Shown piece after piece: positions 30,637-42,200 of a stretch of DNA of 64,000 bases. The stretch's first letter is position 1; every line of letters starts with the position of its first letter. The stretch spans positions 5,456,001 through 5,520,000 of the forward strand of contig CM035354.1 of assembly GCA_020137815.1 (NCBI GenBank), given 5' to 3'. Source of the DNA: Hormiphora californensis. Taxonomy: Eukaryota > Animalia > Ctenophora. A program made the position numbers and the translations under genes. The notes under the pieces were generated by a model that was not told the origin of the DNA, did not search any database, and saw only the letters and a program-made list of their open reading frames with translations.

Positions 30637-31113
30637 ATGATATTCCTCGTTATCTTCCTTCTCCACAGTTCGACGTCCACCTCCTTCCAGGAATGTTACT
30701 CTACATCAAACATCAAGTGCCCCACGCCAATCTACGAGGAAGTCCGACACCAATTCGACAGCTGCACATTGGAGTCAACATGCACGGGAAGAGTGCAGCA
30801 CGAGTACGTTCGGTCAGAGACGTTCTGCCGGTTCGCTGTGCACGTTACCTGCACCATTCTTGAGGAACCCACGGAACAGAGCTATTTACCAACAAGTGAT
30901 ACTCCTGCTGCAGAGACATCATGGGAACTACAACTGCCAACAATCGCCGGAATCGGAGGAGGTGTCACAGTGATCATTGCCTTCATCATTATACTGATTG
31001 TTTGCCAGCGGTGCAGCTGCTGCTGCCACACCGACTACCAGAGACCACGAGAGATCGACACGAACCCTTCCAGAAGAGGGGGCAGAACAGCCACTGCTGA
31101 AACTGTTTGTTAA
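30637..31113 (+). CDS. Small intronless type I membrane protein (158 aa)
   Basis: Signal peptide MIFLVIFLLHSSTSTS, 6-Cys ectodomain, S/T/P stalk, TM IAGIGGGVTVIIAFIIILIV, juxtamembrane CQRCSCCC. Confidence 0.7.
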   Translation: MIFLVIFLLHSSTSTSFQECYSTSNIKCPTPIYEEVRHQFDSCTLESTCTGRVQHEYVRSETFCRFAVHVTCTILEEPTEQSYLPTSDTPAAETSWELQLPTIAGIGGGVTVIIAFIIILIVCQRCSCCCHTDYQRPREIDTNPSRRGGRTATAETVC

Positions 31114-31206
31114 CTGACATTATAATTTATTTAGTTGTTTCCAGTCGAAATTCGACCAGTTTGATTAATCTGATGTTTTTTTTGTTAAAAAAATCACATA
31201 TCACAG

Positions 31207-31313
<107 letters not shown>

Positions 31314-31433
31314 TACACACACATACTCTTTATTTGTCACAAGAAAATCACCGTCATTTGTGTTTGTAGTTCATTGTTAGAATCATGATAAATATTATAG
31401 CACATTCCAGTTTTTGAATAATATACATAAACA

Positions 31434-33243
31434 TTAAACAGGACCGAGCATATTTCTCAAATTATTTGCAGTCTGAACTATGTAATTGAAAAGCTTCACT
31501 ACAAGTGTAGTACAAATTAGGACTAGTATTAAAATAAATACTGCACCAACATATAACACGAGTTGTACGAACGAGAGTTTCTTTGTGTTATCTTTTGTGT
31601 CAACCTGAAGTTTATCTAAGAGATTAGTAGACTTCTTGTTGTCAGTAATGATATTGTTTATAAAGTGCGACAGGTTTGTATGTGTAAGGAAGTGTGTGTA
31701 TAAGGTGTTAACTGAATTCTTCAAGACTGTCTGGTTGATGGTGAAAATGTTGGGATTTTCTAGGTATGATATGGTCACCAACGGTAATCTGTGTCCTATT
31801 GGGTGACCAGTGTATAAACTGTGGGTCCATGGAGCCTGTACATTTGGTGTACAGAACTCCCTTCGGGAATGAAATGTATTGGGTGCCAGTACAAGGGCTG
31901 TGTTCGACCTTACAAGACATTAGACAAATCCTGAAGACAGGATGGGCCCACCACTGTACATGAGTCCCTCTGGCAATCCACGTCCCGCCATACATCATTG
32001 ACCCGCGCCTGGTAGTTGCTCAGGGAAATCCGAACAGCTCCATTGGCCATGGCCAGACCCGTCTGAAATGCCTTGTAAATGGCTGGACTTCCAGGTGCTG
32101 GCTTTCGGACAGTCAGGTGTACCTGGAAGCCGGTCGATGTTTCACCTTCCCAGCATTCCGTCGGGCTAGCTAGTGTCGAATCCTTCAGCAATGGCAATAT
32201 ATTGGGGTTCCACTGTTGGTCAGCCTCCAATAGTATTGCTGGTCCAATTTCATTCACTCTTTTTAAGAGTGACACCAGCTGGCAGTAAGTCTTGATTATA
32301 TTACCCTGATGTTAAAAAAGGATAGGTAAAAAACACTATCATAACTGTGCAGTATCGTGGTCAATAATAAAATAAAATTATTAGTGTCACAAAAATGAAT
32401 AAAAAAGTAATTACCAACTGAATGTACAGGAGAATAGAATTGGTGTGGCACTCTGTCTCCAAGGTTAGCTGATGTACCGCACTGTCTTGTTCGATTGCAA
32501 GAAATATCTGGTTTTTCGTGCTATCAATTCTCTTAGAAAGTATCTTCCTAACCAGATCCTCATTCATTATAAGATTATCGATTGTCGATCTTGGATTTCC
32601 TAGAAAGGTGGTGACGGATTAGATAATCGTTGATCCATGCTGATTGCAAAGATGTTATATAGACCAATACATAAGTGAGTTTAGATTTTAGTGACAACTA
32701 TGCTAAGTTCAATCCTGATCAAATCCCATGATAATGATTATGCTAAGACTTACGATGTTTACAAGTGCAGCTGTTGAGCTGGTTTGACAATTCCCTCTCT
32801 AACAATAACCATCCATCAACACAACTGAAAAGAAGAATTTCAGTGATAGGGAATAGGGTGCACTGCATTGACACTGACAGTAAAAAATCTGACATATGAT
32901 CTATTACACTCGCCGATGCCCGATAACTACTATACCTTTTGAGCTCAACTTTTGGAGTGAAGCTACTCTCCAACTGGACTACTACTGGTGTTGGTCTAAT
33001 AATGATTGGCTTCTCAATCACTATATTTACCGTTACATCCTCAAGGTTAACTGAAAATTGAAATGTAATTTTGAACATTGAGAGCATTCGACTTAAATCT
33101 TGACTCAGATAAAATATATCGCGAAAGGGCTTACATTCAGAATGCGTCGTCCGTACAAGTGCCAGTCCTAGTTGTTTGTAAAATATCGTTTCTGTTGCTT
33201 GTGCCACTGCCAGGAGGTGAACTAGAGAGATGTACAGAAACAT
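31434..33243 (-). CDS. Putative viral-type envelope/fusion (F/env-like) glycoprotein, 5 exons (33243-33135, 33050-32936, 32824-32754, 32639-32415, 32305-31434), with 3 apparent 1-nt frameshifts
   Basis: Signal peptide MFLYISLVHLLAVAQA, N-terminal IFYKQLGLALV, basic RKxR-type site, Cys-rich ectodomain, sequons NRT/NQT/NLS, membrane-proximal amphipathic helix, C-terminal TM FVQLVLYVGAVFILILVLICTTLVV. The family assignment is by architecture only. Confidence 0.5.
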
Positions 33244-33342
33244 AGCTATATAATAGAGAGGATTTTGATTATTGGTCACATAATAATTTGATATTATTTG
33301 ATTATTATTATTATCATTATTACACACAGTCATTTAGTTTCA

Positions 33343-34490
33343 TTAAAATACACCATGGGATAAAAAATCAACAATTATTTTGATGTAGGAATCATTGCAT
33401 GATGCAGTTGTATTCAGGGCTTTCTTGATACTGTGGATCACATCCTGAAAAGAATTTAGCTACTTAGATAGTATAGAAAACTGCAGTTAACTGGTCACAT
33501 TAAACAATGGCAATCACGATTGACATAGACATTTTGAACACATATAATATGTGCACTATATTTTACATAACATAGAGATATTATTTACCTTTCTTAGTTT
33601 GCAAGCGTAAGTTTCACTCCTGACTCCCCCAATTAATTGTTGAGTGTGCCACGCCTGGTAACAGATGATCGTTTGTTATGAAAATTACAGAAAACGCTAA
33701 GCAAATGTTGAAATTTTGTTAGATACTTTAAATATTTTTTAGCGGGATGTACCTGTTTCTCCATTTAAGTGTTGTTAATCGTTGAACAAGAATAAAGGGG
33801 TCCTTGTTTTTTGCCAAGCAATGCCGACAATAATGATCGCTGGTGTTACTTCCATCTTCATGATGCTCGAATATTGTACGTCTTCCTGTAACATGCTCAA
33901 TTAGCTTCATGACATCTCTAAACACTGCAGCTACTTAAATCAGGCATTATTGCATACTAGAATGAAGTTTAAATAAAGGTTCTTTTGATTACCTACATAA
34001 ACATACTGGAATATTATGCAATCTATGGTCCAAGATTACTGATTGTGGGGTTTCCAGATACTTGGCATTTTTCCAATATACACAGTCAGCTTCATGATTT
34101 GATAGGTCAGTTTCGGTAGTCGAGTTTCTCAACACACGGACATTCACTGGTGTTTACTTTTAGGAGAATCATATTGGTGGAGCGCCACTTAACAGGGTTT
34201 ATATATCTGAAACATGTAAGGTTGTTCAATACTATTTTCAGATTAGTTTAAAAATATTTTCGAGAAATCAGTTATACGATAAGTTTAGGTGAAGTTACCT
34301 CAAATGTCTGGAGCGTAGCTGGTGGATCCAACAAGTATCAGTATCCCGATTTATCCACTCCTGTACTTGCTTCTGTCTTGCGTTGGATGCAATTTTATTA
34401 GATCCCACTATCTAGATCTACTAACAGTACTCATTAACTTACACACACGTAAAAATCAATGAAATATATATTTGTCTCAGTTTCCATCTC
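33343..34490 (-). CDS. Cryptic multi-exon gene of unknown function (frame disrupted)
   Basis: A series of short GT-AG-bounded segments: IVGSNKIA...RSRHL, ...CVYWKNAKYLETP..., VFRDVMKL...HYCRHC..., AWHTQQLIGGVRSETYACKLRK (33654-33589), DVIHSIKKAL...HGVF* (33444-33343). At least two phase mismatches. Confidence 0.4.
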
Positions 34491-34786
34491 TCATAGAATA
34501 GTTGCTGTTAATGTTATCGAATAACAAATATAAGAAATACAAAAACTTCACATATTACTTCTAATGATACTAACCTAGTAAGAACACTCAACTACAAAAG
34601 ATTAAGAAAATAGAACTTCTACACCGCTTTCTCTCTCAAAATAACAACCTGCTTCCATCATCAAGTTCATTATTGAAAACTAGATGTTATATGTAATCTT
34701 GATCTTCCTTCAAATTAGTCAAACCTCTACGTGCACCGGGGCATCTCTGTCTGTCACAGAATAGTTTTAGGTCAGCCAACTCATCA

Positions 34787-35420
34787 ATGACAGAGGAAAT
34801 GGCCTCAATGAAAGATGTACTGTTGAAATGCCAGCGAGAGGTAAATCAGATCCAGAAGCAGATTATCAACATGCAGAGCGAGGAATTAAAATCTGTGAGA
34901 TCTGTAACTGAGACTGTACAGAAAGACCTTTATTTTTGGTCTGCTGTAGTGACACAAAACTGTGCAGCAGCAACTGCACTGAGAAAGATTGGGGCGGCTC
35001 TCCACACACCGCAGCCCCCCAAAGAAGATAGCAGAGCTAAGAACCTTATTGTTTTTGGCCTGCCAGAGGAGGAGAACGAGACAGTTACTGACTGTGCACT
35101 AACTGTTTTTGAGGAGCTCGACGAGAAGCCTCCTAATCATCATCTTGTAGACTTGGAACCGCCGCTGAAGGGAAAACACGGCGCATCAGGGTTACCTTGG
35201 AGTCTAGAGACAGTGTTCTGACTCTACTGAGGGAGGCCCGACAGCTGAGAAGTAGCGAAATCTACAACAGAGAGTATCTCTGTCCAGATCGGACTATTGA
35301 GGAGAGACGAGAGAGAAGAGAGAATCTACAGACACTTGGAACTTATAAGAGATAACCCTGAGAGACAGTTCGAACTGAAGAGAGGGGTTATACAGTTTTT
35401 GTGCAATGGCCCCACTAATA
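34787..35420 (+). mobile_element. Isolated CR1/L2-type LINE ORF1 (coiled coil + RRM-like + CTD), frameshifted, no ORF2
   Basis: Coiled-coil N-terminus and RAKNLIVFGLPEE; then, in a shifted frame, RLG...RRIRVTL...LLREARQLR...YLCPDRTIEERRERR. Confidence 0.7.
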
Positions 35421-35545
35421 GTTAGGAGGATAGCACTCATATATTAGTAACTTCGTTACGCATAATATTGTGCTATCCCCCAATCTGCATGCCCATGGAG
35501 ACCATGGGCGCCAAGTTATGTTCAAAACCGTGTCAAAAACCGTGT

Positions 35546-35553
35546 CACACACA

Positions 35554-35643
<90 letters not shown>

Positions 35644-35645
35644 CA

Positions 35646-35690
<45 letters not shown>
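35546..35690. repeat. (CA)n microsatellite
   Basis: Direct observation. Confidence 0.97.
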
Positions 35691-35692
<2 letters not shown>

Positions 35693-35730
35693 ATACACTC
35701 ATACACACAAACGCACAAACACACTTAAAC

Positions 35731-36210
35731 TTATTGTTTGAGGGCCTCAAACTCAAGTAAACGAGCTAAAATATTTGCTCGGTAGAGAGGAAGCTTACCT
35801 GGAGAGATGGTTGTCATTGGTAAACCAGCCAAGTATAGCTCGAGGTTGACAAGAGCATGAACCCCACAGTCAAATGGATTTGCCTGGCGAACAGATCCTC
35901 CGTCCTTAATAGCATGAGTCCTCAGATTAACTGATACTGGATTCAGTTGAACACCAAGATCGCTTATTGTTTTTCGATACAGCTGGAGACCTTTGAGATA
36001 GTAGAGGCATCGTTCAGCAACGTCCTGGCTTTGATACCTACCCGAATCAAAATACGAAATTGTTTTGTGCGATGGTCGGTTATCAATGATTGTCATTATC
36101 CAGTGGTCCGTAGATAGATTACCGATAAGTGCAATAATGTCCTTATCCATGGGATCACCGTCTGCGATTATTCGCTCTTCTTTTGTACCAGTGATCACTC
36201 GTGTCGAAGA
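35731..36210 (-). CDS. Catalytic half of a Ulp1/C48-type cysteine protease, in frame with RepHel after a single TGA
   Basis: DHWIMTIID, YFDS and RQANPFDCGVH give the H-D-Q-C set. The N-terminal motif WLSDDVIQEY lies upstream of the TGA at 36213-36211. Confidence 0.8.
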   Translation of the reverse strand, partial: SSTRVITGTKEERIIADGDPMDKDIIALIGNLSTDHWIMTIIDNRPSHKTISYFDSGRYQSQDVAERCLYYLKGLQLYRKTISDLGVQLNPVSVNLRTHAIKDGGSVRQANPFDCGVHALVNLELYLAGLPMTTISPGKLPLYRANILARLLEFEALKQ

Positions 36211-39200
36211 TCACCTCCTGTGCATATAAGCCTGATTGATATACGTTGGTAGTATTTTGTCTTCGAAATCCCTCTCTGTGAGTTCACTCAGGCTCAATTC
36301 ACGGATGTTCTCTCCAGCTGGACAATTTACATCTCGATAAGTGTCAAAACATGCCGCCATACTAAAAAATGAGTATCCGGCATTCGAATTTTCCACTCTA
36401 TCGAGAACAGCCCACATATATTCCTGTATGACGTCGTCAGATAACCACTTATCCCGCACCCGTGATCTGTTGAATGGATCTGGATTCAATTGCAGAGCAA
36501 GTCTATTAAGGAAGCCATCCAAAGAATCTGCCAGGCCTGGAGTGATAATGGTCGAATACAAGATGTTTAGTTCCACCGATGTCATACCTTCCAAGTGAAA
36601 GTTAGCATTTCTTCCCCTTCTTGCCAGTGAGATGATTTCCTGTGTTTCATTGGTACCCGGGGCTTTCTGTGTTGTAGTGTTCGTTTTATTCTTTGTCTTA
36701 ACCGCCTTGACTTTCTTCTTCGGACGACCACGTGGCTTATTGACAACATTATCCTTTACGACATTGGTGATTCCATCCTTGGCCTTAGCAACTGCTCCTT
36801 TGTTTACCCACCATTGCCGCTGTTCGAAGCTCTTGCCCACCTTAAATACAGAGGGAGGCGCTTGTGGCATGTAAACACTGTTGTTACTGATACGCACATA
36901 CTCTTTGAGAGCAGAAACGTTAGCAATACCTTTCTTAGGGGAAAAGTTGATCAGGTGCAGCCCAGCTAGAGATCGAACTCTAGAAAGACAGACATACATC
37001 TGGCCAGGTGCGAAGAGTCGGTTACCAACATCCGTGAGCACAGTGTCTAGGGTAAGACCTTGTGCCTTATGTATAGTGATACTATAAGACAGGGTTATCG
37101 GGAACTGGGACCTAAAAAAGAATCCCCCGCTGAAAACCATGATTTCCCTCCTGTCTCTCAAAATGTCTTGTACATCATCAATATCATCAAACTTGATAGA
37201 GATTTTGTGAACAATTTTAGAGATAGGGTCGAGGTGAATCTTTACAATGGTACCCATGCTCCCGTTAACAAGGCCTTTCCCTAGATCGATATTGCGGCGA
37301 AGCATGACCCTCACATTTTCTCCTACAATAAGAAGCTGTTCCAGAGCTGCCGTGTTTCGCGAATCGTCTAGTTTATCAAGTTTCTTGATAGCCTGTTCGA
37401 TCCGCTGCCGCTTTGAGGCGATACAAGGCTGGATGTCATCAATGGCAGGAATAGTCACTGTCTTTGAGACAGTGGACTCCAGCATTGCATCGTTGAACTC
37501 ACCCACCATTGCTTTGGTGGGGAGCAAACAGACAGCTCTAGGGTCATGCTTCACAAGCTCCTTGTAATATTGGATAACCTCGATCTTGCACTTGTGTATA
37601 TCATCTCTTTCCTTGAGTTGTATAAGACGGGTTGATAGAAGTTTCACATCATCCCCTGTCATACCCCCAACTCTCAGTCGACCGAGCAACTCCTTCCACT
37701 CTTGTCCATTAGCAACTGTCATTTTTTGCCGCTGATTGATGTTCAACTCTGCGTACTCAAATAGACGCCAAATATTCTGGGCGAACTGGACACCACCAGT
37801 TAGTTTTTGTATCTTCTCGGAAGATATTTCCTCGAAAGGATAGGCCGCTTGAACAGGCTGAAGCTGAAGAAGATCACCAAAGAGGATAACGCACCTTCCG
37901 CCAAAAGGTTGATTACCTCCAGGTTGACCTTTGAACAGCTCAGAAAGTCTTAGGCTGATATAAAACAAAAGTATATTTGATACCATTGAAATTTCATCGA
38001 TAACGACACACTTCAGGTCAGAAAATACTTGCCTAGTCCTGTGAAGTTTGTCGCCTTGATATGATGTATATTTTGGTGTTTGACCGTGCTGAACGTTGAG
38101 TGAAAGTGCTGCATGACATGTGAAACCCCCAATTCCTAAAGCTGCAACTCCAGTTGGCGCCATCAGCAACAGGCCCATGTCCTTTTTGTGTACCTCACGC
38201 TGCACAAAACAGAATCCTGTCAGTGCAGTAATGAGGTACGTTTTGCCTGTTCCACCAAACCCAGACACATAAAGAAGAAGTTGTCCAGTGCAACCTTCTT
38301 CTTTACATGTCCCGTTGGTGTGTTCAGCTTCCATATGAAGCAGCCAACTGGTCACTTTGTTGTACACATCAAGTTGATCTTTATTGAGTGTAGCAACAAA
38401 GTTGTCGAGCTCTTGTTGTGTTTTGATACCACTTTGGCCTGTATTTTGTTGGTAATCATCAAGGATACCATCCATTCCAGGGTTGTTATCTGTCCCATCA
38501 CTATCTTCATCTTCAGCATCAGTTTTTACAGCTGTAACTTTACCATTGTCATCACCTGCGTTGTCTCCTTTCACTGCTTCTTCCACTTTCGTCTGCATTT
38601 CTGATCTGGCCTTTTCAATATCCAGTCTTCTCGCCGAATAATGTCGTAAGTCTTCAAATTCAGGCACATTATTGTCGATACACCGAAAGAACTCCTCCTG
38701 GTAGGTTTTACTTTCCCCCAGTATGTCTGATTCTTGTCGCCATGTTTTGTACAGCGATAGCATGCTATAATAAAACAGTTCAGGAGATTTCTTCACGTTG
38801 TGGTGGTGGTGATAAATGACGGGCTCTTTGTTTCGGACCTTCAACCTACAGATTTCTTTTCCCTTAACACGGAGAGGGGTGCCCATCGTACCGTAAACCC
38901 GTTCATACTTTGAAATGAATCTGAACAGATTTAGACTCTCATCCTTTTTCATCCTGTTAGGGTAAAAGTCGTGAACCCAGTCACGGTAGAATAACTCTGT
39001 CGACTCTTCATTCTTCTCCAGCTCCGAAACTTTCTTGAGTGTTCTTGACCGTTGTTCTGGCAATGTCGTGGGCACCCACACATACTTCTCCGAGCTAGAC
39101 CACAACTCGCCGCCGGTAAGAAGCATGAGGTCGCATGCCTCGTTGGCACTCATCTCACGCTGCTTAAGAAATGTGTATGCGAACTTGATGTATTTCTGAA

Positions 39201-42200
39201 ATGCTGATCCTGAAGTGTCTGCCATACTCGAAAAGTCACAGTTGATATTGCTTATTTCCCCTTTCAGCATATACTTAGTGACATAATCAGTTATCGAATA
39301 CGAGTTTTCGGAAAGAAATTGGATATCCATATTACCACCCCATAACAAGATACATGTCGGATTGTATGCATTGATGTTTCTTTCCTCGTGACTTCTTACC
39401 AAATCATACAGTCTCTTTCTAAATTTGTTTCTTGCCCTGCCTATCAGACTTGATAGAACGTCCCTTAGGAGGAACTGTCTGGAACTGGGAAATGGAAACC
39501 CGAATCTGCATAGCAATGTAAACCGGAGACTTGGAGACTTGACACTTCGAAGGCAATACTTTCTGCAAGCATGCATCTGGAACTTTTTTACAACTTCGTA
39601 GAGCTCGGGTTCTGCGTTCTTGTCTGGTAACCTACACGTAATGACCCTCTGGATAAATGTAGCTGCTTCTTCATCGGTACAATTGCCAAGTATGGGTGCG
39701 TTTTCTATCCACAGGAAACAATGGAAATGGACAGTTCCCCTGCCTTGGTATTCATATCTGACGAAGTGTGACTTAACCTTGCCCAACGGCTGCCCATTAA
39801 TAATAAATTCGAGGAGTGCTTGAAACTTTGTGTGAATAAAACGAGCGGTAAGTGCGGGCTCTTTGTTGAGAAGCTCACTGTCTGTCAGAGAATCAATATT
39901 GGGCAAATCTTTGTTCAAATCCCGAAGCATACCAATTAGTTCGGGCCAGGCATACTCAGCGGGACTGAAAGTAACGAAAAACGTCGGAGGGCCATACTTC
40001 TCCGTCTGTGCTCTCAGCTTACTTTTTACGCTTGCCCAATACTGTTTCGTCCCAGGAACATCTCTAAGGCTTGTTGTAATCTTCCTCTTTATGCCATCAT
40101 CATTGCTTTTGAGTTTTTGAAGTAACTCTCCAGACGACAGTTTATCAAGACCATGCACGTTTCTTAGTGCACAATACACACTCTGAGAAATCTTTCGACG
40201 CAACTGCTCCCCAGCCAGATAGAACACGTATTGTAAGTTTTGACGAAATCTCGAATCTCCAGAAAGTAATTTTGTTTTAGTATACTGTGCCGGGCCACAC
40301 TTTAAACTTACAGGTCTTTTGTCATGGAGGGATCCTTGACCGTAACAGAAAAGTTCAGGGAATGACAGCAATTCGAGCCGTTCATCACTCGTCAGTAACG
40401 GTGTTGATTCTACTTTTAACATTTCATAGAGGCTGTCTAGATTACTCTCCAAGAGAGCATCTAAGTTCATGAATGACATCTCCTCTATCCGGTTTTTGAA
40501 ATCGTCTGGCTTCAACTTTTTAATCAGTTTCCTTGCTTTTTCCGTAGTATCTGCATCAGCGCCAGCGTGAGATGATCCTGATGTATTGAGACTTGAAAAA
40601 TCCGATATAACCACATCATCTTCTTTGATCTCGTTGTCAGGATCACTGCTTTGATCCACAGCAGTAGTACCACCACACACCAGTCTGCAACTCTGTTCGG
40701 AATCAACACTTGTACTGTCGATCAATGACGGATTGGATGAACTCATAGTTGTATTAAAATCGTCTTCCCCACATACCACACACAAAAAGCAGTATGAGTT
40801 TAAATTATCCAAACGTAAGACAACATCATCAAGCATGTGAGTCAAAAACGTGGTTTCCAAATAGTCAGGTTTGAAAATAAAGCCACCTTTTAATCGCCGG
40901 AGCTGTTTAATAACTTGGTCCAGTACCTTGGTGCAGTTTTCACCGCACACTGAATGCCTTATCCTCTTACTTTCCCATGTCACGCACAGTTTATGTAGCA
41001 TATCTTTGTTCAAATCTTTGTCGAGTTTTTCACCAGTACATTTGTAATCTACCTGGTCTGCAAGTTCCTGCCACGATGAGTTGGAAGTTCTGGTCCAAGG
41101 TGCAATGTCCGGGTGCTGTTGAACTAACTCAGGTGCGGAGATAGATTTCTCACATTTCATACACTGATCGCTCGAAGAAGACTCCATAAGGTCAATTAAT
41201 CCACCGATGATAACTACAACACGATCTGCTGTTGCTGCAATTTTTGAGTTCTTTGTTGTTAAAGGACTAACAGTTTTCTCGCCTTTACCTCGTTCGTCTG
41301 GTGTGTTATAAACACAATCGACACAAAGGTACTTTGATTCAACAAACAAGTCAATCATATTTGCTAACGTTTCACGTGCCTCGACTAACTCTTTGTACGT
41401 TGTAATATTTTCCTCTTGTAGGGCTTTGCTTCTCTTCACTTTCTTGGAAACGCTCAGGTGCCCATTGAATCCATGACACAGTCGACACAGCGTTGTTTTT
41501 TGTTCCAGTACGGTGTATGGTCGCTCAGCCTTTTTCAGCAACTCTTCAACTCTTTTGACTCGCTGGATCAGTGAATTTTGACTAAGGAGTACAGTCCCTA
41601 GTCTCAGAACATGAAGTCGTGTCAATAGGAGGTGATTGGCACAATGTTTACAAACCGTGTCATATCCTGAAAGGCGTCTTAGCGAATGAATGAATTTCCG
41701 TCCTAGCACCTCTTTAGTGTGCTCTGCATCTATTCCCCCTTGAGAAAGAAGCACTGGCTGTGTTTCCTCAGCAGATGTCTCGGACACAATTGTCAGCTGT
41801 GAGGGCTGTGTTTCCTCAGCAGATGTCTCGGACACAATTGTCAGCTGTGAGGGCTGTGTTTCCTCAGCAGATGTCTCGGACACAATTGTCAGCTGTGAGG
41901 GCTGTGTTTCCTCAGCAGATGTCTCGGACACAATTGTCAGCTGTGAGGGCTGTGTTTCCTCAGCAGATGTCTCGGACACAATTGTCAGCTGTGACGGCTG
42001 TGTTTCCTCAGCAGATGTCTCGGACACAATTGTCAGCTGTGAGGGCTGTGTTTCCTCAGCAGATGTCTCGGATACAACTGTCAGCTGTGAGGGCTGTGTT
42101 TCCTCAGCAGATGTCTCGGACACAATTGTCAGCTGTGAGGGCTGTGTTTCCTCAGCAGATGTCTCGGACACAACTGTCAGCTGAGAGGGCTGTGTTTCCT

